64,000 bases of DNA from Nitrospirae bacterium JdFR-86 (GCA_002011815.1 MTOV01000002.1:3246-67245), one strand, 5' to 3'. Positions 46,834 through 57,723 are shown, counted from the stretch's first letter. The notes: generated from the sequence alone by a model not told the origin. Translations and numbers: made by a program.

Positions 46834-47352
46834 ATGGTCATAGACACAGTTGGTGTTGTTGAAGTAGAAAAAGGACTCAAGATAATCCCTGGTGCAAGCA
46901 CAATCATAGCGACGATAGACAAGATAGTCAACTGGGGCAGACTGTCTTCGCTTTGGCCAATGACATTCGGTCTTGCTTGATGCGCTATAGAGATGATGAC
47001 GACGGGTTCGTCACACTATGATCTTGACAGGTTTGGAGTTATATTCAGGGGCTCGCCCAGGCAGGCGGACTTCATGATAGTCGCCGGCACCGTAACGAAG
47101 AAGATGGCGCCCATTGTAAGGCGCGTATATGACCAGATGCCAGAGCCGAGATATGTAATATCCATGGGCAGTTGCGCCTGTTCAGGCGGAATATTCAATA
47201 CATACAGCACAGTGCAGGGCTGTGACAGTTTTCTACCTGTGGATATTTATATTCCAGGATGTCCGCCAAGACCTGAAGCACTTCTGGAAGGAATACTAAA
47301 ACTTCAGGATAAAATCAGGAAGGAGCAGTTCCGGTGGAGCCGCTTCAGATAG
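46834..47352 (+). CDS. nuoB: NADH-quinone oxidoreductase subunit B, with in-frame TGA at codon 49 (candidate selenocysteine; alternatively sequencing error or pseudogene)
   Basis: Own translation from ATG 46834 (GAAGGAGG Shine-Dalgarno at 46817..46824) gives ...[16 protein letters not shown][TGA][11 protein letters not shown]..., in the same frame as ORF 46993..47352. The rest is a full-length NuoB ([31 protein letters not shown]). Confidence 0.8.
46987..47019 (+). other. imperfect hairpin 7 nt downstream of the nuoB TGA (SECIS-like geometry)
   Basis: The lower stem is ATAG/CTAT, followed by an internal loop. The upper stem TGACGA/TCGTCA (46997..47002 / 47008..47013) is perfect over 6 bp. 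The apical loop is CGGGT. Confidence 0.4.
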
Positions 47353-47873
47353 CAGAAAAACTCAGAGAGAAGTTCCCTGAAGAAGTCATCTCGATAGATG
47401 AGTTCAGGGGACAGGTATCTGTTGTCATAAAGAAAGACAGAATACTCGATATTGCAAGATACCTGTACGATGAACCAGAATTAGACTTTGATTATCTGAG
47501 AGACCTTTGCGGTGTAGACTATCTTGGCAAGAAAGAGCCGAGGTTTGAAGTCGTATATCACCTTTATTCCATAAAGCACAGGCATATGATCAGGCTGAAG
47601 GCACAGGTTCCTGAAAACGACTGCACTATTCACAGTGTAATGCCTGTGTGGATAGGAGCTAACTGGCATGAGAGGGAATGCTTTGACATGTTTGGAATAG
47701 TGTTCAAGGGGCATCCTGACCTTAGAAGGATACTCATGCCGGAGGACTGGGAAGGTCATCCGTTAAGAAAGGACTATCCGGTAAAAGGACCTCCACCGGA
47801 AAAGGAATGGGAAGGGTTTAAAGAGGTTCTGGAGAAAGCAGAACGACTCAAGGAGTTTGAATGGAACAAATAA
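47334..47873 (+). CDS. nuoC: NADH-quinone oxidoreductase subunit C
   Basis: 179 aa with the NuoC/30-kDa subunit core (CGVDYL...FEVVYHLYS...[21 protein letters not shown]). The start is GTG and overlaps the nuoB end. Confidence 0.9.
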   Translation: MEPLQIAEKLREKFPEEVISIDEFRGQVSVVIKKDRILDIARYLYDEPELDFDYLRDLCGVDYLGKKEPRFEVVYHLYSIKHRHMIRLKAQVPENDCTIHSVMPVWIGANWHERECFDMFGIVFKGHPDLRRILMPEDWEGHPLRKDYPVKGPPPEKEWEGFKEVLEKAERLKEFEWNK

Positions 47874-49066
47874 GGGACGAAGCTGCACCGCTTAAGACAA
47901 AAGAGCTCACTGTAAGCATGGGTCCGCAGCATCCTGCGACCCATGGAGTCTTAAGGCTCGTTTTAGACCTCGACGGCGAGACTGTTGTCAAGTGCACCCC
48001 TTATGTCGGCTATCTGCACAGGGGTGTGGAAAAGCTGGCGGAAAACAGAACATATCTGTCTGCCCTACCCCTTTCGGACAGACTGGATTACATCTCCTCG
48101 ATGGCAAACAATGTCGGATATGTAGTGGCTGTCGAAAGGCTGTTCGGAATCGAGCCCCCGGAAAGAGCAAAATTCATAAGAACAATAGTCTCAGAGATGA
48201 CCAGAATATCCAGCCACATAATATGGGTAGCCACACACGCACTGGACATCGGCGCAATGACCGTATTCCTTTATTCATTCAGGGAAAGAGAGTGGCTCCT
48301 TGACCTCTTCGAGATGCTCTGCGGTGCAAGACTCACGGTAAGCTATCCGAGAATCGGCGGAGTAAGAAACGACGTATCGCAGGAGTTTCTTGACAGCCTT
48401 TATAAATTCACAGAGGAATTCCCAAAAAGGATAGAAGAATATGAAACCCTTATAGACCAGAACCGCATATGGTTAAAGAGAACAAAGGGAATAGGGGTAA
48501 TCTCAGCAGAAGAAGCCATAAACTGGGGACTTACAGGTCCGATGCTCAGAGGCTCTGGAATACCTTACGATGTAAGGAAATTTGAGCCTTACGACGCATA
48601 CGACAAGGTGGAGTTTGAAGTCCCGGTAGGCAAAAACGGCGATGTATATGACAGGTATCGCTGCAGGATGCTCGAACTCAGGCAGTCAAACAGCATCATA
48701 AAGCAGTGTATAGAGAAACTGCCACCGGGTCCTATTATGGCGCCTGATGCTCCGAAATTCACACTGCCGCCAAAGGACAGGGTAATGAAGGATATGGAAT
48801 CCCTGATACATCATTTTGTTCTGATAACAAAGGGACCACTAACAGCACCTAAAGGTGAAATATACTCGGCAGTGGAGGTTCCGAAAGGAGAGCTGGGATT
48901 CTACTTTGTAAGCGACGGCACTGGAAAACCCTACAGGATGAGATTAAGGGCACCTTCGTTTGTTCATGCATCTGTGTTGCCAAGGCTCTGTGAGGGCTCT
49001 CTTGTAGCAGACGTTATAGCAAACATAGGCACAATAGACATTGTTCTTGGAGAATGCGACAGATGA
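47861..49066 (+). CDS. nuoD: NADH-quinone oxidoreductase subunit D
   Basis: 401 aa with [24 protein letters not shown] and a C-terminal DIVLGECDR. Confidence 0.95.
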   Translation: MEQIRDEAAPLKTKELTVSMGPQHPATHGVLRLVLDLDGETVVKCTPYVGYLHRGVEKLAENRTYLSALPLSDRLDYISSMANNVGYVVAVERLFGIEPPERAKFIRTIVSEMTRISSHIIWVATHALDIGAMTVFLYSFREREWLLDLFEMLCGARLTVSYPRIGGVRNDVSQEFLDSLYKFTEEFPKRIEEYETLIDQNRIWLKRTKGIGVISAEEAINWGLTGPMLRGSGIPYDVRKFEPYDAYDKVEFEVPVGKNGDVYDRYRCRMLELRQSNSIIKQCIEKLPPGPIMAPDAPKFTLPPKDRVMKDMESLIHHFVLITKGPLTAPKGEIYSAVEVPKGELGFYFVSDGTGKPYRMRLRAPSFVHASVLPRLCEGSLVADVIANIGTIDIVLGECDR

Positions 49067-49509
49067 AGGAACTCGATACGATAAAAGAAAAATATCCAAC
49101 TACAAGGGCTGCAATTCTTCCTGCTCTTTACATTGCGCAGGAAAAATTCGGATGGCTTTCGCCAGAGGCGATTGAGGAAGTTTCTTCCACGCTGAACGTG
49201 CCGAAAGCACTTGTAAGAGGAGTATCCACATTCTATGCAATGTATAAACATAAGCCTATGGGCAGGCATCTTATACAGCTTTGCACGAATGTCTCGTGCA
49301 TGATATTTGGTGCAGAAACTCTTCTGGAACTACTGAAGAATAAATATGGTCTTGAACCCGGAGGCACAACTGAAGACGGAAGGTTTTCACTTGTAATCAT
49401 GGAATGCATTGGTGCATGCGACAGAGCACCTGCAATGCTTGTAAACAATGATTTTCATAGTAACTTAGACGACAATAACATAACAGAGATACTGGAGAAG
49501 TATAAATAA
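49054..49509 (+). CDS. nuoE: NADH-quinone oxidoreductase subunit E (2Fe-2S)
   Basis: 151 aa with Cys ligands in LCTNVSC and [10 protein letters not shown]. Confidence 0.9.
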   Translation: MRQMKELDTIKEKYPTTRAAILPALYIAQEKFGWLSPEAIEEVSSTLNVPKALVRGVSTFYAMYKHKPMGRHLIQLCTNVSCMIFGAETLLELLKNKYGLEPGGTTEDGRFSLVIMECIGACDRAPAMLVNNDFHSNLDDNNITEILEKYK

Positions 49510-49511
49510 GA

Positions 49512-50783
49512 GTGGAGAGATATTTACTAAGAAACATAGAAAACGCAAATTCTGCTGACATAGAAGAATACGAAAAAGCCGGCGGCTACCAGAGCCTGAA
49601 AAAGGCACTTTCGATGGAGCCGAAGGCTATCATAGAAGAAGTGAAGAAATCCGGTCTTCGCGGCAGAGGCGGTGCCGGCTTCCCCACAGGAATGAAATGG
49701 ACGTTCGCATCCGCAGACCCGAAATTCCCGAAATACCTAATCTGCAACGCTGACGAAGGCGAACCCGGAACATTTAAAGACAGACCCATACTTGAGAAAA
49801 ACCCTCACCTGCTAATAGAAGGGATGATTATATCAGCCCATGCGCTTCAGGCCCGATACGGCTATATCTATTTAAGAGGCGAATACCCGCAGGCACGAGA
49901 GATTCTCGAAAACGCCATCAAACAGGCATATGAAAAAGGATATCTTGGGGACAATGTTCTTGGCAGTGATACAGGGTTTCACCTTTCTGTTCATCAGGGA
50001 GCAGGGGCATACATATGCGGAGAGGAGACAGCACTTATAGAGTCCCTTGAAGGCAAGCGTGGACAGCCGAGGATTAAGCCGCCCTTCCCTGTCAATGTCG
50101 GAGTATTCTCCATGCCCACAGTGGTAAACAATGTAGAGACGCTTTCCAACATTCCATACATCATTGAGATTGGAGCAGAGGCTTATTCAAAGATAGGAAG
50201 TCCTGATTGTCCTGGACCCAAGCTCTACTCAGTCAGCGGGCATGTGGAAAAACCCGGTGTTTACGAGCTTCCGATGGGCACTACCCTGAGGGAGATAATC
50301 TACACACATGCAGGCGGCATAAAAGGCGGAAAGAATCTAAAGGCAGTCATTCCAGGTGGAATATCTACACCTGTGCTACCTGCGGATAAGATAGACTGTC
50401 CGATGGATTTTGTCTCGATGCCAAAGCATGGAAGCATGCTTGGTTCAGGTGCAGTTATAGTCTTCGATGAAACGACATGCCTTGTGAAAGTATGCTGGAG
50501 GGCAATGAAATTCTTTGAGCACGAATCATGCGGTAAATGTACGCCGTGCAGGGAAGGCACCGGCTGGATGAGGTCTGTGCTTGAGCGTATAGAAAACGGT
50601 CAGGGTAAAGACGGAGATATAGACCTGCTGCTTGACATCGCAGGAAACATTGCAGGCAAGACGTTCTGCCCGTTAGGCGACGGTGCAGCAGTGGTGACGA
50701 TGAACTTCATAAAGCATTTCAGAAATGAATTCGAAGAACATATTACAAATAAAGGATGTATTCAGGGGACTAAGACAGCATGA
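49512..50783 (+). CDS. nuoF: NADH-quinone oxidoreductase subunit F (FMN/NADH-binding)
   Basis: 423 aa with GLRGRGGAGFPTG, CNADEGEPGTFKDR and the 4Fe-4S ligands ESCGKCTPCREG. The start is GTG. Confidence 0.95.
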   Translation: MERYLLRNIENANSADIEEYEKAGGYQSLKKALSMEPKAIIEEVKKSGLRGRGGAGFPTGMKWTFASADPKFPKYLICNADEGEPGTFKDRPILEKNPHLLIEGMIISAHALQARYGYIYLRGEYPQAREILENAIKQAYEKGYLGDNVLGSDTGFHLSVHQGAGAYICGEETALIESLEGKRGQPRIKPPFPVNVGVFSMPTVVNNVETLSNIPYIIEIGAEAYSKIGSPDCPGPKLYSVSGHVEKPGVYELPMGTTLREIIYTHAGGIKGGKNLKAVIPGGISTPVLPADKIDCPMDFVSMPKHGSMLGSGAVIVFDETTCLVKVCWRAMKFFEHESCGKCTPCREGTGWMRSVLERIENGQGKDGDIDLLLDIAGNIAGKTFCPLGDGAAVVTMNFIKHFRNEFEEHITNKGCIQGTKTA

Positions 50784-53380
50784 TTACTATAACCATAAAC
50801 GGCAGACAGATAAAACTTGAAAAACCGGTTACCGTGCTTGAAGCGGCAAAGATGAACGGGATACACATCCCGCATTTCTGCCATCATCCGCTGCTTGAGC
50901 AGTGGGGCGGTTGCAGGATGTGCCTTGTTGAAGTTGAAAAGATGCCGAGGCTTCAGACCGCCTGCACACTGACTGTAACAGAAGGCATGGTCATAAGAAC
51001 AGAGTCTCCTGAGATAGCACGGGCAAGAAAAGCAGTTCTTGAATTTCTCCTGATAAATCATCCTCTTGAGTGTCCTGTCTGCGACAAGGCAGGTGAATGC
51101 AAACTGCAGGACTACACAATGCAGTATGGTCCTACGGCAGGCAGGTTCGAGGAAGGCAAAAGAAAGCATCCTGAAAGCCTTGACGACCCCATAATCGTAA
51201 GGAACATGGAAAGGTGCATAATGTGCACAAGATGCGTAAGGATGTGTGAGGGGGTTCAGGGTGCCCTGGCTATTGCAGTTACAGGAAGAAGCAGTAAATC
51301 GTTCGTAGAGCCGTTCTCAGGAGGCAGGTATAACTGCGAATACTGCGGAAACTGCCTCACTGTATGTCCTGTGGGCGCCATAATGTCAAGGCTTCACAGG
51401 TATAAATACAGACCGTGGCAGATGGAGCATGAAGTAAAGACCGTGTGCTCCTATTGTGGAGTCGGCTGTTCAATGTTCGTTCAGGTCAGAGAAGGCTCAA
51501 TAATGAGGACGATGCCGAAGATAGGACTTGGCGTCAATAAAGGGCTTCTCTGCAGCAGAGGACGCTTTGGATACGAATACGTAAGAAGCAACGAAAGGCT
51601 TACTACCCCTCTTGTAAGGAAAGATGGCAGTCTCAAGCCAGCCACATGGGATGAAGCACTAAGCCTTGTTGCACATAAACTGAAAAACATAATGGAAAGA
51701 TACGGCGGTGAATCCATTGCCGGTATTGCCTCAGGCAGATGCACAAACGAAGACAACTACCTGTTCCAGAAGCTGATGAGAGCCGGACTCCAGAGCAACA
51801 ACATTGACTCTATCTCCCGGATGGGATTTGTAGGTGCTCAGAAATTCTTCGAGGGAATGCTGGGGCCAGGAGTTACTGCAAACCTAATCTCAGGAATAGT
51901 GCACTCTGACGCAGTGCTCGTGGTCGGAGGAGACCCGACACAAATCAACCCTATCCTGGGCATTCAGGTAAGAGGCGCATTCAGAAAAGGCACAAAGGTA
52001 ATAACCATAGGCTATACACCGGGTCTTAAGTGGCACAGAAGCACCGGGATTATGCCTATGCCGCAGACCGAAGGAGCAGTCCTTGCCGGACTGCTTTCCG
52101 GTGTTCTTAAAAACAAAACCCTTTCCGGAGAAAACAAAGAACTCGAAGACACTATAAGTAAATTTGACTTGCCTTCTCCGGATGAGATTAAAAACATCTG
52201 CAACATAAGCATTGACGAACTGACACAAGCCGTAACCGCATTGGCTGAAAGCTCATCTGCAATCATAATTGTCGGTCGCGATATCGTAACCCAGCCTGAC
52301 GGCGGCAACAATCTCCTGCTGCTGGGAGCACTGGCGTATGTCCTGGATGCAAGGATTTATCTTATGTCTGAAAGACCCAATGAACAGGGTCTTATAGACA
52401 TGGGTTGCATTCCGGACATGCTTCCTGGAGAAAGACCCCTTGCGATGGGAGGTTCCAGAAAAAGGTGCGAAGACATCTGGGGTGCTCCAGTGCCTGCAAA
52501 CGAAGGCTTAACACTGATGGAATTCATCGAAGGGGCACACTCAGGCTCTATAAAGGCAATGTATGTAATGGGAGAAAACCCGGCTTACAATCTCCCTGAC
52601 AGCCGTTTCGTAAAGGAAGCACTAGGCAAACTCGAATTCCTCGTGGTTCAGGACATTGTCATGACCGAGACTGCAGAGATGGCAGACGTTGTCCTGCCTG
52701 CAACAAGCTGGGCGGAAAAAGAAGGCACTTACGTAAATCTTGAAAGAAGAATCCAGCGCTTAAGACAAGCGATAGACGGTCAGGGAATGGATGACTGGAA
52801 GATAATCGCTGAAATCGGCAAGAAGATGGGGCTCAGAATGCCTTATAACTCAGCAGAAGACGTCATGGCTGAGATTGCAAAGGTCTCGCCGCTTTATTCA
52901 GGTCTTTCATACGAGGACATAGAACAGGGCACTGACCTCTGGCCATACAAAGGCGAGCCTTTAAGGCATATATCAATCGAGGATTTAAAACTCGAGGAGC
53001 TTTATAAAAAGCCGTCTGCACCTGAAGCCAAGCCTTTTTATCTGGTAATAGAAAAGCCTTTGTTCCACTCAGGGACACTAAGCAGACATTCCAATGCCCT
53101 AAACAGCATTTATCCAGAGCCTGTGGTTAGAATCAGTCCAAAGACAGCAGAAAAGCTATCGCTAAAAGACGGCGATATGGTGGAAGTGTCTTCAAGCAAA
53201 GGCAAAATCGCACTGCCTGTAAAAATAGACAGCAATCTTTTGGAATCAATGATTTTGCTTACGAACAACTTCAGGGATAAAGGGGCTATGGAACTTCTGG
53301 GGTATAAGATAGAGCCTGTAACAAAGGCTCCTGTTCTGGAAAGTGCTGAAGTTACAATACAAAAGGCAGGTGGCGTATGA
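50780..53380 (+). CDS. nuoG: NADH-quinone oxidoreductase subunit G
   Basis: 866 aa. It has an N-terminal 2Fe-2S region, HPLECPVCDKAGEC, CIMCTRCVRMC and CGNCLTVCPVGA, then a molybdopterin-oxidoreductase-like body. Confidence 0.9.
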   Translation: MITITINGRQIKLEKPVTVLEAAKMNGIHIPHFCHHPLLEQWGGCRMCLVEVEKMPRLQTACTLTVTEGMVIRTESPEIARARKAVLEFLLINHPLECPVCDKAGECKLQDYTMQYGPTAGRFEEGKRKHPESLDDPIIVRNMERCIMCTRCVRMCEGVQGALAIAVTGRSSKSFVEPFSGGRYNCEYCGNCLTVCPVGAIMSRLHRYKYRPWQMEHEVKTVCSYCGVGCSMFVQVREGSIMRTMPKIGLGVNKGLLCSRGRFGYEYVRSNERLTTPLVRKDGSLKPATWDEALSLVAHKLKNIMERYGGESIAGIASGRCTNEDNYLFQKLMRAGLQSNNIDSISRMGFVGAQKFFEGMLGPGVTANLISGIVHSDAVLVVGGDPTQINPILGIQVRGAFRKGTKVITIGYTPGLKWHRSTGIMPMPQTEGAVLAGLLSGVLKNKTLSGENKELEDTISKFDLPSPDEIKNICNISIDELTQAVTALAESSSAIIIVGRDIVTQPDGGNNLLLLGALAYVLDARIYLMSERPNEQGLIDMGCIPDMLPGERPLAMGGSRKRCEDIWGAPVPANEGLTLMEFIEGAHSGSIKAMYVMGENPAYNLPDSRFVKEALGKLEFLVVQDIVMTETAEMADVVLPATSWAEKEGTYVNLERRIQRLRQAIDGQGMDDWKIIAEIGKKMGLRMPYNSAEDVMAEIAKVSPLYSGLSYEDIEQGTDLWPYKGEPLRHISIEDLKLEELYKKPSAPEAKPFYLVIEKPLFHSGTLSRHSNALNSIYPEPVVRISPKTAEKLSLKDGDMVEVSSSKGKIALPVKIDSNLLESMILLTNNFRDKGAMELLGYKIEPVTKAPVLESAEVTIQKAGGV

Positions 53381-54390
53381 GTTTCTTTGAGACTATATTT
53401 GCTCCCGGGGCAGTAGATATTATGTTGAACATAGGGATTATCCTTATCAAGATTGCTGTCGTCGTTGGAATCGTAATGGCACATGTTGCATATGCAACGT
53501 ACTTTGAGAGGAAAGTCATCGGGCACATGCAGGTAAGGCTCGGACCTATGAGAGTAGGATTTCACGGACTTCTTCAGCCGATAGCAGACTTCACAAAGCT
53601 CTTCTTCAAGGAAGACATTATTCCGGCAAATGCAGACAAGCCGATATTCTATGTAGCCCCGGTGATATCACTGCTTGCAGCACTTTCGTCACTTGCAGTA
53701 ATACCGTTTTTTGAAGGGTTTGTGGTCGCAAACCTGAATATTGGGATTTTGTTCATACTTGCGATGTCTTCTCTTGGAGCATACGGTATTGTGATGTCAG
53801 GATGGGCATCGAACTCGAAGTACTCTTTCCTCGGCGGACTGAGGTCATCCGCACAGGTGATAAGCTATGAAGTTGCAATGGGGTTAAGTCTTGTAGGCGT
53901 TATGATAATGGCAGGCTCTATGAACCTTACGGATATAGTAAAGGCGCAGGAGGCATATCCGCTTAAGGCATTTATCTTTCCGCAGTTCCTTGGATTCTTC
54001 GTCTTTATAGTTGCCGCATTTGCAGAGACAAACAGAACCCCGTTCGACCTGCCTGAGGCAGAAAGCGAGCTCGTAGCCGGTTATTTCGTGGAATACAGCG
54101 GTATGAGGTTCGCCCTGTTCTATGCAGCAGAATACATCGGAATGATAATAATGGCATGTCTTGCATCAATATGCTTCTTAGGCGGCTGGAACGGACCTTT
54201 TGAGATACCCTATGTGCCGTTTGCATGGCTTTTGATAAAGGTGTATTTCTTCATATTCCTCTACTACTGGGTAAGGGCGACTGTTCCAAGATACAGATAC
54301 GACCAGTTAATGGGTCTTGGCTGGAAGGTTTTAATACCTCTTGCTCTTTTAAACATAACAATAACAGGACTTATAAAAATACTGGTGTGA
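53377..54390 (+). CDS. nuoH: NADH-quinone oxidoreductase subunit H
   Basis: 337 aa and polytopic, with ERKVIGHMQVRLGPMRVG and ETNRTPFDLPEAESELVAG. Confidence 0.95.
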   Translation: MSFFETIFAPGAVDIMLNIGIILIKIAVVVGIVMAHVAYATYFERKVIGHMQVRLGPMRVGFHGLLQPIADFTKLFFKEDIIPANADKPIFYVAPVISLLAALSSLAVIPFFEGFVVANLNIGILFILAMSSLGAYGIVMSGWASNSKYSFLGGLRSSAQVISYEVAMGLSLVGVMIMAGSMNLTDIVKAQEAYPLKAFIFPQFLGFFVFIVAAFAETNRTPFDLPEAESELVAGYFVEYSGMRFALFYAAEYIGMIIMACLASICFLGGWNGPFEIPYVPFAWLLIKVYFFIFLYYWVRATVPRYRYDQLMGLGWKVLIPLALLNITITGLIKILV

Positions 54391-54391
54391 G

Positions 54392-54943
54392 GTGCATGCA
54401 GTGAACGTCAAAAAGATAATCAAGACGGTATTTTTTACAGAGATAATCAAGGGAATGGCTCTGACCCTGAAGTCAATGTTTACACATGCGGTTACAAGGC
54501 AGTATCCAGAGGAGAAAAGGCCTGCAATGCCTGGCTTCAGGGGAATGCATGCATTCGTCCGTGACCCTGAGACAGGCAGGGAAAAATGCATCGCCTGCGG
54601 ACTTTGCGCGGCAATATGCCCTTCGCAGTGCATATACATCTACACCTCTGAGGGACCTGACAACAAGAAAGTCGCTGAAAGATACGAGATTGAGGTTCTG
54701 AGGTGTATATATTGTGCCTTCTGTGTTGAAGCGTGTCCAGTAGGCGCTATAGCGCTTACCGAGCACTTTGAATACTCTGATTACTCAAGAGATGCCCTTT
54801 ATATGGATAAAGAAAGGCTGCTTTCAAACTGGGATAAATACATGGCAGGACCCAGGGGTGAAGAGTACTTTAAAAAATTCTGGCATCCGGTCAGTGCTGA
54901 TTTTCAGGCATATGACGGACAGCCAGTGTTTAAAAGGGGATAG
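54392..54943 (+). CDS. nuoI: NADH-quinone oxidoreductase subunit I (2x4Fe-4S)
   Basis: 183 aa with CIACGLCAAICP and CIYCAFCVEACP. The start is GTG at 54392 or 54401. Confidence 0.9.
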   Translation: MHAVNVKKIIKTVFFTEIIKGMALTLKSMFTHAVTRQYPEEKRPAMPGFRGMHAFVRDPETGREKCIACGLCAAICPSQCIYIYTSEGPDNKKVAERYEIEVLRCIYCAFCVEACPVGAIALTEHFEYSDYSRDALYMDKERLLSNWDKYMAGPRGEEYFKKFWHPVSADFQAYDGQPVFKRG

Positions 54944-54945
54944 AG

Positions 54946-55455
54946 ATGTTACCTGAATTATTCTTCGGTTACTTTGCGGCAGCGATAATCATATTTTCAC
55001 TGATTGTTGTAACAAGACGGAATCCGGTGCACAGCGTGCTCTTCATGCTCATTCTGTTCTTCCACATTGCTGCTCTCTATCTGTTTCTTGATGCCGAGTT
55101 TCTTGCTGCCATACAGGTAATAGTCTATGCTGGTGCTATACTCGTGCTCTTCCTGTTTGTTGTTCTCCTATTGAATCTCAAGGAAGAAACACTAATACGA
55201 AGATATATCAATCAATGGCCCATGGGTGTGGTATTTGCTGTAGGGCTGTTTATATTAATGTTTATTTCAGTGAGATCGTTTTTGGCAGGACCTAAAGGGG
55301 AAATCAGCAGTGTTCTTACAGGACAGAGCAATGTCACAAATCTCGGCACGGTGCTTTACACAGAGTATCTGTTTCCGTTTGAGATAGCCTCTCTGGTTCT
55401 GCTTGTGGCAATTATAGGCGCAATCGTACTGGCTAAAAAACGACTTAAATCCTGA
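54946..55455 (+). CDS. nuoJ: NADH-quinone oxidoreductase subunit J
   Basis: 169 aa and polytopic, in the expected position in the operon. It has a NuoJ-like VVTRRNPVHSVLFMLILF. Confidence 0.85.
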   Translation: MLPELFFGYFAAAIIIFSLIVVTRRNPVHSVLFMLILFFHIAALYLFLDAEFLAAIQVIVYAGAILVLFLFVVLLLNLKEETLIRRYINQWPMGVVFAVGLFILMFISVRSFLAGPKGEISSVLTGQSNVTNLGTVLYTEYLFPFEIASLVLLVAIIGAIVLAKKRLKS

Positions 55456-55464
55456 GGAGAGCTT

Positions 55465-55767
55465 ATGGTTCCTTTACAGTGGTATATATGGCTTGCAACT
55501 GCGGTTTTTGCAATAGGGGTTTTAGGGTTTCTTACAAGAAGAAACATAATAATCATGTTCATGTCCATTGAGCTGATGCTAAATGCAGTAAACATAAGTC
55601 TGGTTTCTTTCAGTCATTATCTTCAGGATATGAGAGGACAGATACTGAGCTTGTTTGTCATCACAGTGGCTGCGGCAGAGGCAGCCATAGGGCTTGCAAT
55701 AATCATCGCCCTATTCCGGAACAAGGCAACTGCCCATGTTGACGAAATGGCAGAAACGAAAGGATAG
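55465..55767 (+). CDS. nuoK: NADH-quinone oxidoreductase subunit K
   Basis: 100 aa with 3 TM helices and [11 protein letters not shown]...[11 protein letters not shown]. Confidence 0.9.
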   Translation: MVPLQWYIWLATAVFAIGVLGFLTRRNIIIMFMSIELMLNAVNISLVSFSHYLQDMRGQILSLFVITVAAAEAAIGLAIIIALFRNKATAHVDEMAETKG

Positions 55768-55772
55768 GTGCT

Positions 55773-57704
55773 ATGAAAAGTTATCAGTTAATACCGTTTT
55801 TACCGCTTGCAGCATTTGTAATTAACATTCTGCTCGGAAAGCGCATAATCAAGGACAAGGCGCACTGGATTGCCGTCCCTGCGGTTTTGGCTTCATGGGT
55901 TATCTCTGTCTTCACGCTGTTTGATGTCATAGGAGGCAAGGTCTTCAACGAAGACCTTTATACATGGATTATATCGGACGGGTTTATAGTGTCAGTAGGC
56001 TTTCTTGTAGACCAGCTTACTGCGGTAATGCTGATAGTTGTCACAACAGTGAGCAGCCTTGTGCATATCTACTCTGTCGGGTATATGCACGGTGACAAAG
56101 GCTACTACAGGTTCTTCTCTTACCTGAGTCTGTTTACCTTCTCGATGCTCATGCTCGTAATGGCGAATAATTTCCTCCAGCTTTATTTCGGCTGGGAAGC
56201 CGTGGGATTATGCTCCTACTTCCTGATTGGTTTCTGGTATGAAAAGAAGTCGGCATCTGATGCAGGCAAGAAGGCGTTTATAGTAAACAGGTTCGGTGAT
56301 TTCGGTTTTGGACTCGGCGTAATAATGATATTCCTTACGTTCGGCACTATCCATTACGAGCCTGTCTTTAATGCAGTCAATGGTATCGTTGGACAGAGCA
56401 TCAATATCCTAGGCTATGACATCAGTCTTGTAACGCTGATAGCACTCCTGCTTTTCTGCGGTGCAGTGGGCAAATCAGCACAGATTCCGCTTCATGTATG
56501 GCTTCCTGATGCAATGGAAGGTCCGACACCTGTCAGTGCGTTGATACACGCTGCAACCATGGTTACTGCAGGTGTGTTCATGGTCGCAAGATGCAATCCG
56601 ATTTTCAATCTTTCACATGTAGCCATGAACGTTGTTGCAGTAACCGGTGCAGTCACTGCATTGTTTGCAGCCACGATTGCCCTTGTGCAGAACGATATAA
56701 AACGGATAATAGCCTACTCTACTATCAGCCAGCTTGGATACATGTTCCTTGCCTGCGGCGTGGGTGCATATGCAGCAGGAATATTCCATCTTTACACGCA
56801 TGCATTCTTCAAAGCCCTCCTGTTCCTTGGTGCCGGTAGTGTGATGCACGCTATGGCAGGAGAGCTTGACATACAGAAGATGGGCGGTCTTAAAAAGTAC
56901 ATGCCGTGGACATACTGGACGTTCCTGCTTGCCTCATTGAGCATTGCAGGAATTCCGGGATTTGCCGGCTTCTTCAGTAAGGATGAAATCCTCTGGCAGG
57001 CTTATGCATCAGGTCCGCTGGGCAAGATTGTCTGGTTCCTGGGTGCGGTGACAGCACTGCTTACTGCGTTCTATTCATTCAGGATAGTGTTCGTTGCATT
57101 CCATGGAAAATTCCGCGGCACACACGAGCAGGAACATCACCTGCACGAATCACCAAAAGTAATGACCCTGCCGCTTGCAATATTGGCAATAGGCGCAATC
57201 ATCTCAGGCTGGGTAGGCATACCACCGCTTATTGGAGAATTCCTCGGAATCGAGCACTCTGACAAATTCGGTGCGTTCCTTGCACCTGTGGTCGGACATC
57301 CCCACGCCGAAGGGACACACGGAGAAGAAATATTCGTAATGCTTCTGTCTATCCTGTTTGCAGTCGGTGGAATAATCACTGCATTCTTCATGTACATCAA
57401 GAGACCAGAGATACCAGTGCAACTCGGCGAAAGCATGAAAACCGCCTACAGGGTGCTCTGGAATAAATACTACGTGGATGAGCTTTATCATCTTATAATC
57501 GTAAGACCTACTTTCTGGGTTGCACAAAGCGTTATAGTAGGGGTAACAGACGGAAAGATTATAGAGGGCATAGTCAACGGTGTTCCAAGAGCAATTGGCG
57601 GGTTCAGCGAGATACTGAGAAGGGTGCAAACAGGGTTTGCGCACCATTATGCAGCAGTAATGGCACTGGGACTTCTAATTATTATGATATTCCTTATACT
57701 ATAA
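55773..57704 (+). CDS. nuoL: NADH-quinone oxidoreductase subunit L
   Basis: 643 aa, antiporter-like, with FGWEAVGLCSYFLIGFW and WLPDAMEGPTPVSALIHAATMV. Confidence 0.9.
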   Translation: MKSYQLIPFLPLAAFVINILLGKRIIKDKAHWIAVPAVLASWVISVFTLFDVIGGKVFNEDLYTWIISDGFIVSVGFLVDQLTAVMLIVVTTVSSLVHIYSVGYMHGDKGYYRFFSYLSLFTFSMLMLVMANNFLQLYFGWEAVGLCSYFLIGFWYEKKSASDAGKKAFIVNRFGDFGFGLGVIMIFLTFGTIHYEPVFNAVNGIVGQSINILGYDISLVTLIALLLFCGAVGKSAQIPLHVWLPDAMEGPTPVSALIHAATMVTAGVFMVARCNPIFNLSHVAMNVVAVTGAVTALFAATIALVQNDIKRIIAYSTISQLGYMFLACGVGAYAAGIFHLYTHAFFKALLFLGAGSVMHAMAGELDIQKMGGLKKYMPWTYWTFLLASLSIAGIPGFAGFFSKDEILWQAYASGPLGKIVWFLGAVTALLTAFYSFRIVFVAFHGKFRGTHEQEHHLHESPKVMTLPLAILAIGAIISGWVGIPPLIGEFLGIEHSDKFGAFLAPVVGHPHAEGTHGEEIFVMLLSILFAVGGIITAFFMYIKRPEIPVQLGESMKTAYRVLWNKYYVDELYHLIIVRPTFWVAQSVIVGVTDGKIIEGIVNGVPRAIGGFSEILRRVQTGFAHHYAAVMALGLLIIMIFLIL

Positions 57705-57723
57705 ACCTTAATTCGGGAGTGAT

